A stretch of DNA of 62,999 nt, the filler included. It is 5 parts of 5 records of this genome, joined end to end, with 100 filler letters (N's around TTAATTAATTAA, not from the genome) between each part and the next. Parts side by side here need not be neighbours in the genome. Positions count along the whole stretch, not along the records: positions 11,762 to 37,912 come from SRR31147125_9882; positions 38,013 to 44,983 come from SRR31147125_9913; 3 more parts are not named here. The stretch is one strand, 5' to 3'. The position numbers were made by a program, and so were the translations under genes. The notes beneath the pieces were generated by a model that was not told the DNA's origin, did not search any database, and saw only the letters and a list, made by a program, of their open reading frames with translations. Positions 32,534 through 41,607 of this stretch are shown piece by piece (positions within the stretch are counted from its first letter, which is position 1; every line of letters starts with the position of its first letter).

Positions 32534-33437
32534 TAGAAGTATCCTTCCTTCTTTTTAGTCTCCATTGACCCTTCTTCATCATGATCAATAACACGAGTTG
32601 AGCGCTCGGAAATACGAGCAACCATCATCTCTTCAATTATCTCTGGAACTGTTTTAGCATCGGACCTAATAGCCCCCGTACAAGGATAACAACCGAGAGT
32701 TCGAAAACGACTCATAACCTTTTCAGGTTTCTCACCCTCTTTAAGAGGTATAGGACCATCTAAAGGAATCAACTGATTATCTCGAACAATCATATCTTGT
32801 TCTTTTGCAAAATACATAGGAACAACAGGGATATTCTCCATATGTATATATTGCCAAACATCCAACTCAGTCCAATTTGATAGAGGGAAAACCCTAATCG
32901 ATTCACCCTTATTAACTTTTGCATTATAGACATTCCAAAGTTCTGGACGCTGATTTTTTGGATCCCATTGACCAAACTCATCTCTAAAAGAATATATTCT
33001 CTCTTTGCTCTAGACTTTTCTTCATCCCTTCTGGCACCGCCAAAAGCAGCATCAAAATTGTACTCGCGTAGAGAATCAAGCAGAGCTTGTGTCTTCAATT
33101 GAGCGCAACATTTTTGAGTCCCAAGATCAAAAGGATTACACTTATTCTCGACCGCTCTCTGATTTGTATAAACAAGGAGATCAGCACCAATTTCCTTTGT
33201 ATAATTATCTCTAAATTCGATCATCTCTTTGAATTTAAAAGTTGTATCCACATGAAGAAGAGGAAAAGGCATCTTACCGGGATAAAAGGCCTTCTGAGCT
33301 AAACGAACCATTACTGAAGAATCCTTACCAACGGAATACAACATAACTGGACGTTCAAATTCTGAAACTACTTCACGTATAATATGGATACTTTCTGCTT
33401 CTAATTGTTTAAGATGTGTCAGTGAATAATTCTTCAT
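32533..33437 (-). CDS. cysD: Sulfate adenylyltransferase small subunit; frameshift near 33004
   Basis: [31 protein letters not shown] then ERIYSFRD...[25 protein letters not shown]. Confidence 0.93.
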
Positions 33438-34159
33438 ATCATATCCTTTTTCAAATATCCGATAATCTTCTTACAACTCTCATCTAACGAAAGTTTACTG
33501 GTATCTATATCCATCTCTGGCGACACTGGAGCTTCGTAAGGATCATCCAAACCCGTAAAATTCTTTATTTCTCCAGCTCTAGCCTTGCGATACAAACCTT
33601 TAACATCTCTCTTTTCACACTCTTCAAGAGGTGTTGAGACATGCACTTCAATAAAATTGTCGCACAAACCTCTAGCAAACTCTCTTGTCTCTTTGTATGG
33701 AGAAATAAATGTTGCTAAAACAATAACTCCATTCTGCTCCAACTTGCTAGCTAGATAGCCAATTCTTTTTATATGCTGGTTCCTCTCATCTTTTGTAAAA
33801 CCAGTTTTTGGAAAGATATCTCGAACATTATCGCCATCAAGATGTTCAACCTTCCACCCTCTTGCTTTCAATCTTTTATATAGAGCCTCTGCAACTGTAC
33901 TTTTCCCAGACCCAGACAACCCTGTAAACCAAACAACCGCAGGCCTAGGAGTCTTAATACCAACCTTAACTCTTCCCCAGGCTCGTTCATGTGCAAAATA
34001 GAGCATCATCTTTAAGACAACTTCAAAAACACCGATTGTTGCTGCCATTTCAAGACGTCCAGTAAAGGCAAAAACCAAAGCAATCGTCGTCATGGTAGCC
34101 CAAAAACGCCAAGATACAGTTTTTGCAATAGATCTTTTTTTAGTTTCAATATACATCAA
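33434..34159 (-). CDS. cysC: DUF2061 membrane domain fused to adenylyl-sulfate kinase
   Basis: [14 protein letters not shown]...YFAHERAW, then [37 protein letters not shown]. Confidence 0.9.
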   Translation of the reverse strand: MMYIETKKRSIAKTVSWRFWATMTTIALVFAFTGRLEMAATIGVFEVVLKMMLYFAHERAWGRVKVGIKTPRPAVVWFTGLSGSGKSTVAEALYKRLKARGWKVEHLDGDNVRDIFPKTGFTKDERNQHIKRIGYLASKLEQNGVIVLATFISPYKETREFARGLCDNFIEVHVSTPLEECEKRDVKGLYRKARAGEIKNFTGLDDPYEAPVSPEMDIDTSKLSLDESCKKIIGYLKKDMI

Positions 34160-34174
34160 ACCTCCAACCCAGAT

Positions 34175-35125
34175 TTAAACCTTTTTGAAATATTCAATCG
34201 TCTTCTTCAAGCCCTCTAATAACTCAACTTTTGGGACCCATCCTAATTGTTCCTTGAATTTTTTAGCGACTATAACACTTCTCATCTGCTCACCTAATTT
34301 CGCAGGAGCATACTTTTCTGAAAAACCTTTACCCAACATACTATTAATATTCTGAAACAGAATATTTACATCTGTCTCAACTCCTGTACCTATATTGTAA
34401 GAGCCTTCAACTTCTTGCCCTAAAGCAAGCTTATTTGCATCGACAACATCTCCAACATAGACGTAATCTCGCGTCTGTCTTCCGTCGCCATTAATCACAG
34501 GCTGCTCATCTGCCAACATCTTACTTGCAAATATCGCAACAACTCCAGCTTCACCTTCGGCATTTTGTCTTGGCCCATAAACATTTGCATATCTAAGAGC
34601 TACATATGAAATCCCATATTGCTGTTGATAATAATAAAGATACTTTTCGCACGTATATTTATTGATTCCATATGGACTTATTGGTCTTACTGAATGATCT
34701 TCATCTGCAGGAAAGGCATCCTGTTCACCATAGATTGCTCCACCGGATGAAGCGAATACAATCTTCTTTAACCCTACCTGGCGTCCCGCCTCAATTAAAT
34801 TAATAAAACCCGAAACATTGACATCAACATCCCTCTTTGGGTTAGCGACTGAAACTCGAATATCTATTAGGGCTGCATGATGATTTAAAACCTCAGGCTT
34901 CTCTCTCTTAATGATGTTAACTGCATCAGCAGAACATACATCAACTTCATAAAACTTTGCTTTAGGATTCAGGTTTTCTTTTCTACCTGATGATAGATCA
35001 TCAAAGACAATAACCTCATGACCTAATTCGATATAGGCATCAACAACATGAGAACCGATAAAACCAGCACCTCCAGTAACCAGGATACGTAATTTGTTAT
35101 TAGTAAATCGTGAATTGTTGTTCAT
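34175..35125 (-). CDS. NAD-dependent epimerase/dehydratase (UDP-glucose 4-epimerase-like)
   Basis: TGGAGFIGSH, ASSGGAIYG, YGINK, RYANVYGPRQ, GDGRQTRDYVYV. Confidence 0.92.
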   Translation of the reverse strand: MNNNSRFTNNKLRILVTGGAGFIGSHVVDAYIELGHEVIVFDDLSSGRKENLNPKAKFYEVDVCSADAVNIIKREKPEVLNHHAALIDIRVSVANPKRDVDVNVSGFINLIEAGRQVGLKKIVFASSGGAIYGEQDAFPADEDHSVRPISPYGINKYTCEKYLYYYQQQYGISYVALRYANVYGPRQNAEGEAGVVAIFASKMLADEQPVINGDGRQTRDYVYVGDVVDANKLALGQEVEGSYNIGTGVETDVNILFQNINSMLGKGFSEKYAPAKLGEQMRSVIVAKKFKEQLGWVPKVELLEGLKKTIEYFKKV

Positions 35126-35499
35126 AATTCACTCCCCCTATTTTTCAAAGACTTTATTAAACCTGACAACATCTTTTGAATATTTACTATATCCTCAAGG
35201 ATGGCTCTATGTTTATACTCCTCCATATAATGCAGTTTATTTGATATCATTAGCTGTGTTTCCAACTCGCATGCCGAACCTCTGGAAACATATAAAAACT
35301 GAATAAATTCGGCATTCGACTTCCGCGAAGCTCCTTCCGCAATATTGCTCGGAATAGAGACAACAGCTCTTCTCATTTGAGATACAAGTCCAAATTTTTC
35401 TTCAGATGGAAAATCAGAGGTAAGCTCATAAATAGACAAAGAGAACTCAATAGCCTTTCTCCAAACATCCAAATCTCTATGTGTCTTTATGCTATCCAC
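35122..35499 (-). CDS. Four helix bundle protein (23S rRNA IVS protein family)
   Basis: HRDLDVW, FPSEEKFGLVSQMRRAVVSIPSNIAEG, GSACELETQL. Confidence 0.92.
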   Translation of the reverse strand: MDSIKTHRDLDVWRKAIEFSLSIYELTSDFPSEEKFGLVSQMRRAVVSIPSNIAEGASRKSNAEFIQFLYVSRGSACELETQLMISNKLHYMEEYKHRAILEDIVNIQKMLSGLIKSLKNRGSEL

Positions 35500-35534
35500 T
35501 ATTCACCATTCACATCTAACAATTAACATTTAAA

Positions 35535-35546
35535 CAGGCTACCGCC
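35535..35546 (-). promoter_or_regulatory. ops element (RfaH recruitment site)
   Basis: Minus strand GGCGGTAGCCTG matches the consensus GGCGGTAGnnTG; preceded by a small GAGTT/AACTC hairpin; lies in the operon leader. Confidence 0.85.
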
Positions 35547-35643
35547 CATAGAGTTTCCCTGAACTCCTGCATAATTGAACAATTATTTAAAACTCCAATC
35601 CTCAATCTTAACCTTAATCCCAACTTTGAGAGCTCATTATATC

Positions 35644-36129
35644 TCAAGCTACCAAACTGACATCTTTACAACTCAAAACAGCTTTCATCTCTCTTTCATA
35701 AACTTTCAACAAAACAGCAACTCTACCATCTGCAGAGACATTTTTTTCAAGCACACCCTCTAAGTCTTTCAACAATCCCTTTTTCACCTGTATCTTAGCA
35801 CCACGCCTAAACGTTATATCTTCTAAAATCCTGTTTTCATCTAAGCGGTCTCTTATCATTCCCACAACATCATCTGAGATCGGAACGGGTTTAGAGCCAC
35901 AACCAAGAACCTTATTCACACCACGAGTATATTTCACCATTTGATGATTCTCTGGTTTTGAAAGATCATGCTTTAAGAAAAGATAATTTGGGAATAAAGA
36001 CTTAAGCCCAGACGAAAGACTTTTGACCTTTGGATTCAGGACCTTGCAACCTATCGAAGAGAAGCGTTTTTCTAGATCGTCTTCTCTCTTAGGTTTCGTC
36101 TGTATGACATACCAATTACTCATCAACAA
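35644..36129 (-). CDS. rfaH: NusG-family antiterminator, RfaH-like
   Basis: WYVIQTKP, LFPNYLF, YTRGV, PVPI, KOW-like C-terminus; adjacent ops site. Confidence 0.8.
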   Translation of the reverse strand: MLMSNWYVIQTKPKREDDLEKRFSSIGCKVLNPKVKSLSSGLKSLFPNYLFLKHDLSKPENHQMVKYTRGVNKVLGCGSKPVPISDDVVGMIRDRLDENRILEDITFRRGAKIQVKKGLLKDLEGVLEKNVSADGRVAVLLKVYEREMKAVLSCKDVSLVA

Positions 36130-36659
36130 CTCCCATTACCCCACAATAAAAGCATATTCTCTTTCTGAAATTTTCCATTCATATTCTTAAATTCGCTATC
36201 TGATAAAATAAGAGAACGTATCTTTCTTTTTATTATCAACTCTGTCCTTGAGATATAATCCTGCAATCTATGATTATCTAAATCTCCAACCAAGACGAGA
36301 TCTATTATTCCGCTATCAACACCGCTTGCGTAATCACCGGATACATAAACAGCATCAAGACTTCCAACTTTTGATAAAAGGTCAGAAATATGATCAAGAC
36401 CTGTCATTTTTTTGAGGATATTATTTATATCAGGAAAAAGTGGATGTTCAGTATTTGCAGAATAAAAAACATTTCTGCCGGACTTTTCGCTCCTAAGAAG
36501 CTTTGCATCAACAAGACGATTTAATTCAACACGAATAGAGTTTGTTGATTCACCAAACTCGTTAGAAATTTGACGAAGGTAGGCTTTCACTTCAGGATTC
36601 AAAAAGAATTTAAGAAGTAGTCTGATCCTCGATTTAGATGTAATAATTGACTCTAGCAT
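36123..36659 (-). CDS. ArsR-like winged-helix protein with C-terminal nucleotidyltransferase-like domain
   Basis: SKSRIRLLLKFFLNP...YLRQISNEFGESTNSIRVELNRL; GDYASGVDSGIIDLVLVG. Confidence 0.75.
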   Translation of the reverse strand: MLESIITSKSRIRLLLKFFLNPEVKAYLRQISNEFGESTNSIRVELNRLVDAKLLRSEKSGRNVFYSANTEHPLFPDINNILKKMTGLDHISDLLSKVGSLDAVYVSGDYASGVDSGIIDLVLVGDLDNHRLQDYISRTELIIKRKIRSLILSDSEFKNMNGKFQKENMLLLWGNGSC

Positions 36660-36680
36660 TTCCCCTCAAATACCAATATT

Positions 36681-36697
36681 GAGTAAATATTTTGCTC
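36681..36697. promoter_or_regulatory. Candidate operator palindrome upstream of the wHTH gene
   Basis: GAGTAAA-TAT-TTTGCTC, 6/7 inverted match, about 20 bp upstream of the ATG. Confidence 0.4.
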
Positions 36698-36789
36698 GTA
36701 ATTAACACAATGGGAAATTAAGTCAACACTAATTCTATTTAAGAAGTAAATAATTATCTTTATAAATCAAGATATTAGAAGGTTTTTCT

Positions 36790-37710
36790 CTAGAGATTTC
36801 TAGCTTCGGGGACTTTCTCTCTCATGATCTCGGCAATATGAGGTTCCAGCTCTACAAGATTGTTTTTCTGAAGTTGATATAGACTCTCCCAATTACCTAT
36901 ATCACTCCACCCAATACTACAAGGAACACTGACAACTCTATCAGACCTCTCCATAATACCATAATCGACAGATATACTCTCTGTCTGCCTGAAGAAATCA
37001 TTAATCTGCTCAGAGCTTCCGAACTGATCAAGGAGATTTTTCATCTTTGGGAGGTATTCTTCAATTTGATTAAGAACAAAACTTGCCTTCCATACAAACA
37101 TACCACTATTCCAAACATACTTATCATCTTCTATGTATCCTGAAGCAACTTCAACTGAAGGTTTCTCAACAAACTTATCAACCGTATAGACAGGCCACTT
37201 ACCATCCGGGTCGTCTTCTATCAGTTTATCAACCTTGATATACCCATAACAATCAGCTGGCCAGCTTGGCTGAATTCCCAGCGTAACCAACACATCTCTA
37301 GTATTGGCAATATAGATAGCTCTCTCAATTACTTTTCTAAACTCATCCTGCTTTGTTATCAAATGATCTGAAGGCAACACCACAATGACTGCTTCTTTAT
37401 CTTTCTCTGAAATGATTTTGGAAGCAAAGGCTATACAAGGCCCCGTGTTTTTCTTTTCAGGCTCACCAATAATATTTTCTATAGGAACATCTGGCAATTG
37501 CTCATTAACTAAACCAACATATTTATCATTCGTTGCAACATAAACATTTTGAGATGGGACCAAGCCTGTAAAACGATCAAAGGTTTGTTGAATAAAGGTT
37601 CTGTCACCCCAGAAACTCAAGAACTGCTTAGGTTTCTCCGGAGTAGATACAGGAAAAAAACGCGTTCCCTCTCCACCAGCCATAATTAATATATATAAAT
37701 GTTCGTTCAT
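36790..37710 (-). CDS. manC: Mannose-1-phosphate guanylyltransferase
   Basis: MAGGEGTRFFPVSTPEKPKQFL, EPEKKNT, PSDH, FVEKP, WNSGMF, WSDIGNW. Confidence 0.92.
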   Translation of the reverse strand: MNEHLYILIMAGGEGTRFFPVSTPEKPKQFLSFWGDRTFIQQTFDRFTGLVPSQNVYVATNDKYVGLVNEQLPDVPIENIIGEPEKKNTGPCIAFASKIISEKDKEAVIVVLPSDHLITKQDEFRKVIERAIYIANTRDVLVTLGIQPSWPADCYGYIKVDKLIEDDPDGKWPVYTVDKFVEKPSVEVASGYIEDDKYVWNSGMFVWKASFVLNQIEEYLPKMKNLLDQFGSSEQINDFFRQTESISVDYGIMERSDRVVSVPCSIGWSDIGNWESLYQLQKNNLVELEPHIAEIMREKVPEARNL

Positions 37711-37825
37711 TAAGCTCTCCTTTTGAGCGCGGAGAATAATTTGAAATCTTAATTATGTCAAGACGATTACAGAAAAGCTAGTCGTTGGTTCTTAGATCTA
37801 TTTTTGATTTATTCCCTTGTTTTAC

Positions 37826-37912
37826 GTCATCATCCTACTTGTTTGTCCACCTTTAGAGGAACACGGGGATCTAGTAGTGCTTTCACGAGATCCTCGGGTC
37901 AAGCCCGAGGAT
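37826..37912. repeat. REP-like palindromic element at contig end
   Basis: ATCCTCGGG-TCAAG-CCCGAGGAT perfect hairpin at 37890-37912; GC-rich within an AT-rich contig; degenerate GTCATC...GGGGATC half upstream. Confidence 0.65.
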
Positions 37913-38012
37913 NNNNNNNNNNNNNNNNNNNNNNNNNNNNNNNNNNNNNNNNNNNNTTAATTAATTAANNNNNNNNNNNNNNNNNNNNNNNNNNNNNNNN
38001 NNNNNNNNNNNN
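37913..38012. other. Artificial contig linker
   Basis: N44-TTAATTAATTAA-N44. Confidence 0.98.
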
Positions 38013-38086
38013 CGTCGAAAGCGGCGGTGAGCCGCTGGCGGATGCAGGGGTTTTTTTGTGTTTAACCTTATCTGTGCCGGTTGTAT

Positions 38087-38653
38087 CTAGTCGGCCTCTT
38101 CGATCTGGATTACTCCGGTCGGACAGACGGCGACGCATGCCTTGCAACCGACACAGACATCATTGAGTTCCTCGAACGGGGTCACGATGACCCGCTTGCT
38201 GCCGCGCTGGGCGAAGCTGATCGCGTGCCGTTTGGAAATTTCGGCGCACGCTCTCACGCACAATCCGCACAGGATACAATCGCTCTGTTCTTCTTTTTTC
38301 AGCTTGAAACGAGTGTCGCGCACACCGTATTCATGCGCAAGGTCGATGATCACCTGGGAATCGGGAGATCTGGCCAGGTACAGCTCCAGCAGGATCTTGC
38401 GGGTCTTGCGCACCCGCTCAGTATCCGTTTTCACCTCGATGCCTTCCTGGGCCGGATAGAGGCAGGCAGGCTGGATTGACGGCCAGCCGCGCTTGACCAC
38501 TTCCACCAGGCAGAGGCGGCAGGCTCCGTACGCGGACATATCCTCGTGATAGCAGAGAGTCGGGATCTTGATTCCCTGCTCCCGGGCGACTTCGAGTATG
38601 GTTGTGCCTTCCTTTACCTCGAGCTCTTTGTCGTTGAGCGTGAATGTAACCAT
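38087..38653 (-). CDS. NuoG/HydA N-terminal FeS domain only (BfuA-like): [2Fe-2S] plus 2x[4Fe-4S], no catalytic domain
   Basis: IPTLC...GACRLCLVE...PAC; CILCGLCVRAC; CVGCKACVAVCP; 188 aa. Confidence 0.9.
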   Translation of the reverse strand: MVTFTLNDKELEVKEGTTILEVAREQGIKIPTLCYHEDMSAYGACRLCLVEVVKRGWPSIQPACLYPAQEGIEVKTDTERVRKTRKILLELYLARSPDSQVIIDLAHEYGVRDTRFKLKKEEQSDCILCGLCVRACAEISKRHAISFAQRGSKRVIVTPFEELNDVCVGCKACVAVCPTGVIQIEEAD

Positions 38654-38669
38654 TGCGTATCTTCCTTGA

Positions 38670-40565
38670 TTAATCTATCGAGTCGAATTTGCAGACTTCT
38701 ACGCAAATACCGCATTTGACGCATTTTTCCTGGATGATCTCCGCCACTTCTTTCTTCTTCCAGATGATCGCCTCGGAGGGGCAGTTGCGGAAACACAGGC
38801 CGCACTTCTTGCATTTCTCGGGGTTGACCGTGTATGTGAACAACGGTTTGCATACCTTAGCCGGGCATTTCTTGTCCCGGATATGAGAGATATACTCATC
38901 CCTGAAGTTGTGCAGGGTGCTGAGAACCGGGTTTGACAGCGAGGTACCGAGACCGCACATGGACGCATCGTTGATGGCGTAACACAACTCCTCAAGCAGC
39001 CCGAGGTCCTCCTCGCGGCCTTCCCCTTCGCAGATCCGGTCAAGAATCTCGAGCAGGGCGGCGGACCCGTCCCGGCAGGAGATACATTTTCCGCACGATT
39101 CGTCATTGCAGAATTCGATGAAATATTTGGCGACGTTGACCACGCAGGCACTTTCGTCCATTACGATCATGCCGCCCGAACCCATCATCGATCCGGCCTC
39201 TTTGAGCTGGTCGAAATCAACCGGCATGTCGAGCATGTCGGCGGGCAGGCAGCCGCCGGACGGACCGCCGGTCTGTACGGCCTTGAACTGTTTGCCATCC
39301 GGGATGCCGCCGCCGATATCGAAGATGATCTTGCGCAGTGTCGTGCCCATCTCGACTTCGATCAGACCGGTATTGACGATGTTGCCGACAAGCGAGAACA
39401 CCTTGGTTCCCTTGGAGTTGTCTGTCCCCATCGACGCGTACCAGTCGGCCCCTTTGTTGAGAATGATCGGTACGTTGGCAAAGGTTTCAACGTTGTTGAG
39501 CACGGTCGGTTTTTCCCACAGCCCCTTGTCCGTGGCATGATCGTATTTGGCGGTGGGTTCTCCGGGCAGCCCCTCGATGGAGGCCCGCAGTGCACTCGAC
39601 TCACCACAGACAAATGCGCCGGCGCCCTGGAACACCTCGATGTCGAAGTCGAAATCGGAGCCCATGATGTTTTCACCAAGTACGCCGTACTCGCGCGCCT
39701 GTTTTATCGCGTTGAACAAACGGGTGACGGCGAGGGGGTATTCGGCACGGACATAGACGACGCCGTGTTTCGCACCGACTGAGTACGCAGCGATAATCAT
39801 TCCCTCGATGACGGACTGCGGGTTGCCCTCGATCAGGGAGCGGTCCATGAAGGCACCGGGGTCGCCCTCGTCCGCATTGCAGATGATGTATTTCGGGCGT
39901 CCGGTGGCCCTGGCCGCCGACTCCCACTTTCGTCCGGCAGGAAAACCGCCGCCTCCGCGTCCCCTGAGTCCGGATTTCTTGACCTCTTCGACGACGTCCT
40001 CCGGCGTCATGTCCTGCAGGCACTTAGCCAGAGCCTGGTACCCGTCTACCGCGAAATAATTGCGAATGTCTTCCGGGTTGATCGTTCCGCAGCCGCCGAG
40101 GACGATGCGTTTCTGGCCGGCGTAGAAGGGTACCTCCTGTTCCGTCGCCGCATGGGTGCCATCCTGTTTCTCGAACAGCAGGTCTTCAACGACATCGTGT
40201 TCCTCAAGTGTTGCCCGGACAATGTTTTCAACGTCGTCAACCTTCACCTTGTTGTAGAAGGTTCCGGCTGGTTCGACGCGCACCAGGGGGCCCATCTGGC
40301 AGAATCCGTGGCAGCCGCTGGTACTCGCTCCGACCTCCATGTCCTCGCCTTCAAAGAGGAGTTCGACATCGACATCTATCCCCTTGTTCTTGATGAGTCG
40401 CTTGAACTCTTCATAGACGTCGAGCGAACCGCCGACGATGCAGGCGGTCCCGGCGCAGACGCGGAAACAGAGCTTGCGCCTGGCCAGCGCTGCCTGGCAA
40501 TGTTCCCGTAGTACCGCCATATCAGACGGCGCACTTACCCGTGACTTCGTTAATGTGGTTTGCAT
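38670..40565 (-). CDS. NuoF/HydB-like flavoprotein (BfuB-type)
   Basis: N-terminal CAGTAC/GCHGFC [2Fe-2S]; GLRGRGGGGFP; NADEGDPGAFMDR; GGPSGG; ESCGKCISC...CGLG; HIRDKKCPAKVC; C-terminal 2x[4Fe-4S]. Confidence 0.93.
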   Translation of the reverse strand: MQTTLTKSRVSAPSDMAVLREHCQAALARRKLCFRVCAGTACIVGGSLDVYEEFKRLIKNKGIDVDVELLFEGEDMEVGASTSGCHGFCQMGPLVRVEPAGTFYNKVKVDDVENIVRATLEEHDVVEDLLFEKQDGTHAATEQEVPFYAGQKRIVLGGCGTINPEDIRNYFAVDGYQALAKCLQDMTPEDVVEEVKKSGLRGRGGGGFPAGRKWESAARATGRPKYIICNADEGDPGAFMDRSLIEGNPQSVIEGMIIAAYSVGAKHGVVYVRAEYPLAVTRLFNAIKQAREYGVLGENIMGSDFDFDIEVFQGAGAFVCGESSALRASIEGLPGEPTAKYDHATDKGLWEKPTVLNNVETFANVPIILNKGADWYASMGTDNSKGTKVFSLVGNIVNTGLIEVEMGTTLRKIIFDIGGGIPDGKQFKAVQTGGPSGGCLPADMLDMPVDFDQLKEAGSMMGSGGMIVMDESACVVNVAKYFIEFCNDESCGKCISCRDGSAALLEILDRICEGEGREEDLGLLEELCYAINDASMCGLGTSLSNPVLSTLHNFRDEYISHIRDKKCPAKVCKPLFTYTVNPEKCKKCGLCFRNCPSEAIIWKKKEVAEIIQEKCVKCGICVEVCKFDSID

Positions 40566-41524
40566 TACGCTTGTTCTCTATACTGTTTGACTATTTCAGG
40601 AGCTTTCTTTTTGGTCATCGGCCCGATCACCTCATCGTTGACCGTCATAACCGGTGCCAGTCCGCAGCAACCGATGCAGCGGACCTCTTCCAGTGTGAAG
40701 AGCATGTCATCGGTGGTTTCCCCGCACTTGATTCCGAGTTCCGGCTCGAACGCTTCGATGATGCCCTCTGCCCCGCGCACGTGGCATGCAGTGCCGGTGC
40801 AGACAGTAAACTTGTATTTGCCAATCGGGTCGAGACTGAAAAGGTTGTAGAATGTCGCGATCCGGAAAATCTTGGAGAGCGGCATGTCCATCTCTTTAGA
40901 AATTTGCCTGAGCACAGGTTCCGGCAGGTAGTTGAAGGTCGAATTGACGTCGTGCAGGATCGGCAGGATGGGTCCGGGATTGTCACGATGGCGGTCGATG
41001 ATATCGAATACCTGATTTCTGGCGGCGCGGTCGAGCTTGAGTTTCTTCTTGTCCTCAGCTACCTGCATCGTTCCTTCCCGCGCGAAAGTCCATTTGGCCC
41101 GGGTGTCGAAACTGCCGGACTCCGCCATTCCCTTGACCGTCTTGATCAAATCGGGCACGAACAGTTTGATGTCTTCCTTGACCTTGACCTGGCAGGCCAG
41201 TCGAGTGCCGGTCTTTCTCTCTTCCTTGTTGATGAACATCTCTTCGGTCGGCAGGAGGTCACCGCCGCCGCTTTCGACGTTGAGCTTGCAGAATCCGCAG
41301 GTGCCGCGGCCGCCGCATGAGGCTGGGATCTCCATACCCTGGTTGATGAGGATCGACAGCAGGGTCGACCCGCCGTCGACGTTGAACTCCTTGTGCCCGT
41401 CTTCATCGTCGACGGAAACCGTACACTCTCCATATGAAACGAGCAATTTGTCGGCGATCAGCAGGATGACGGTCAGCGTGAACAGTATCGCAGTAATGAT
41501 CCCGATAGGAAGTAGCGTCTCCAT
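40565..41524 (-). CDS. NqrF N-terminal TM + [2Fe-2S] domain in frame with a NuoE/HydC domain (possibly two genes, second starting at 41068)
   Basis: ASCGGRGTCGFC, GGGDLLPTE, RLACQVKV (NqrF-like); then IATFYNLF, CTGTACHVRG, VRCIGCCGLAP (NuoE). Confidence 0.88.
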   Translation of the reverse strand: METLLPIGIITAILFTLTVILLIADKLLVSYGECTVSVDDEDGHKEFNVDGGSTLLSILINQGMEIPASCGGRGTCGFCKLNVESGGGDLLPTEEMFINKEERKTGTRLACQVKVKEDIKLFVPDLIKTVKGMAESGSFDTRAKWTFAREGTMQVAEDKKKLKLDRAARNQVFDIIDRHRDNPGPILPILHDVNSTFNYLPEPVLRQISKEMDMPLSKIFRIATFYNLFSLDPIGKYKFTVCTGTACHVRGAEGIIEAFEPELGIKCGETTDDMLFTLEEVRCIGCCGLAPVMTVNDEVIGPMTKKKAPEIVKQYREQA

Positions 41525-41607
41525 AATTATTCCGCAGGGGCTCCCATGGGTTTAGGTGAATGTGTGTTGAATGATTCTTGCATTGCTGCCAGTACCTTGT
41601 CGAAGAT

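Noticed and set aside
38013-38058. Contig-start sequence resembling the reverse complement of 41258-41279, plus half of a terminator (GGATGCAGGGG-T7)
   Set aside because: Short match at a contig edge; likely chance or a chimeric read end, and the hairpin partner is not visible.
38087-41068. Complex I nuoEFG or an [FeFe]-hydrogenase
   Set aside because: No other nuo genes and no H-cluster domain; the NuoF homolog has extra FeS domains.
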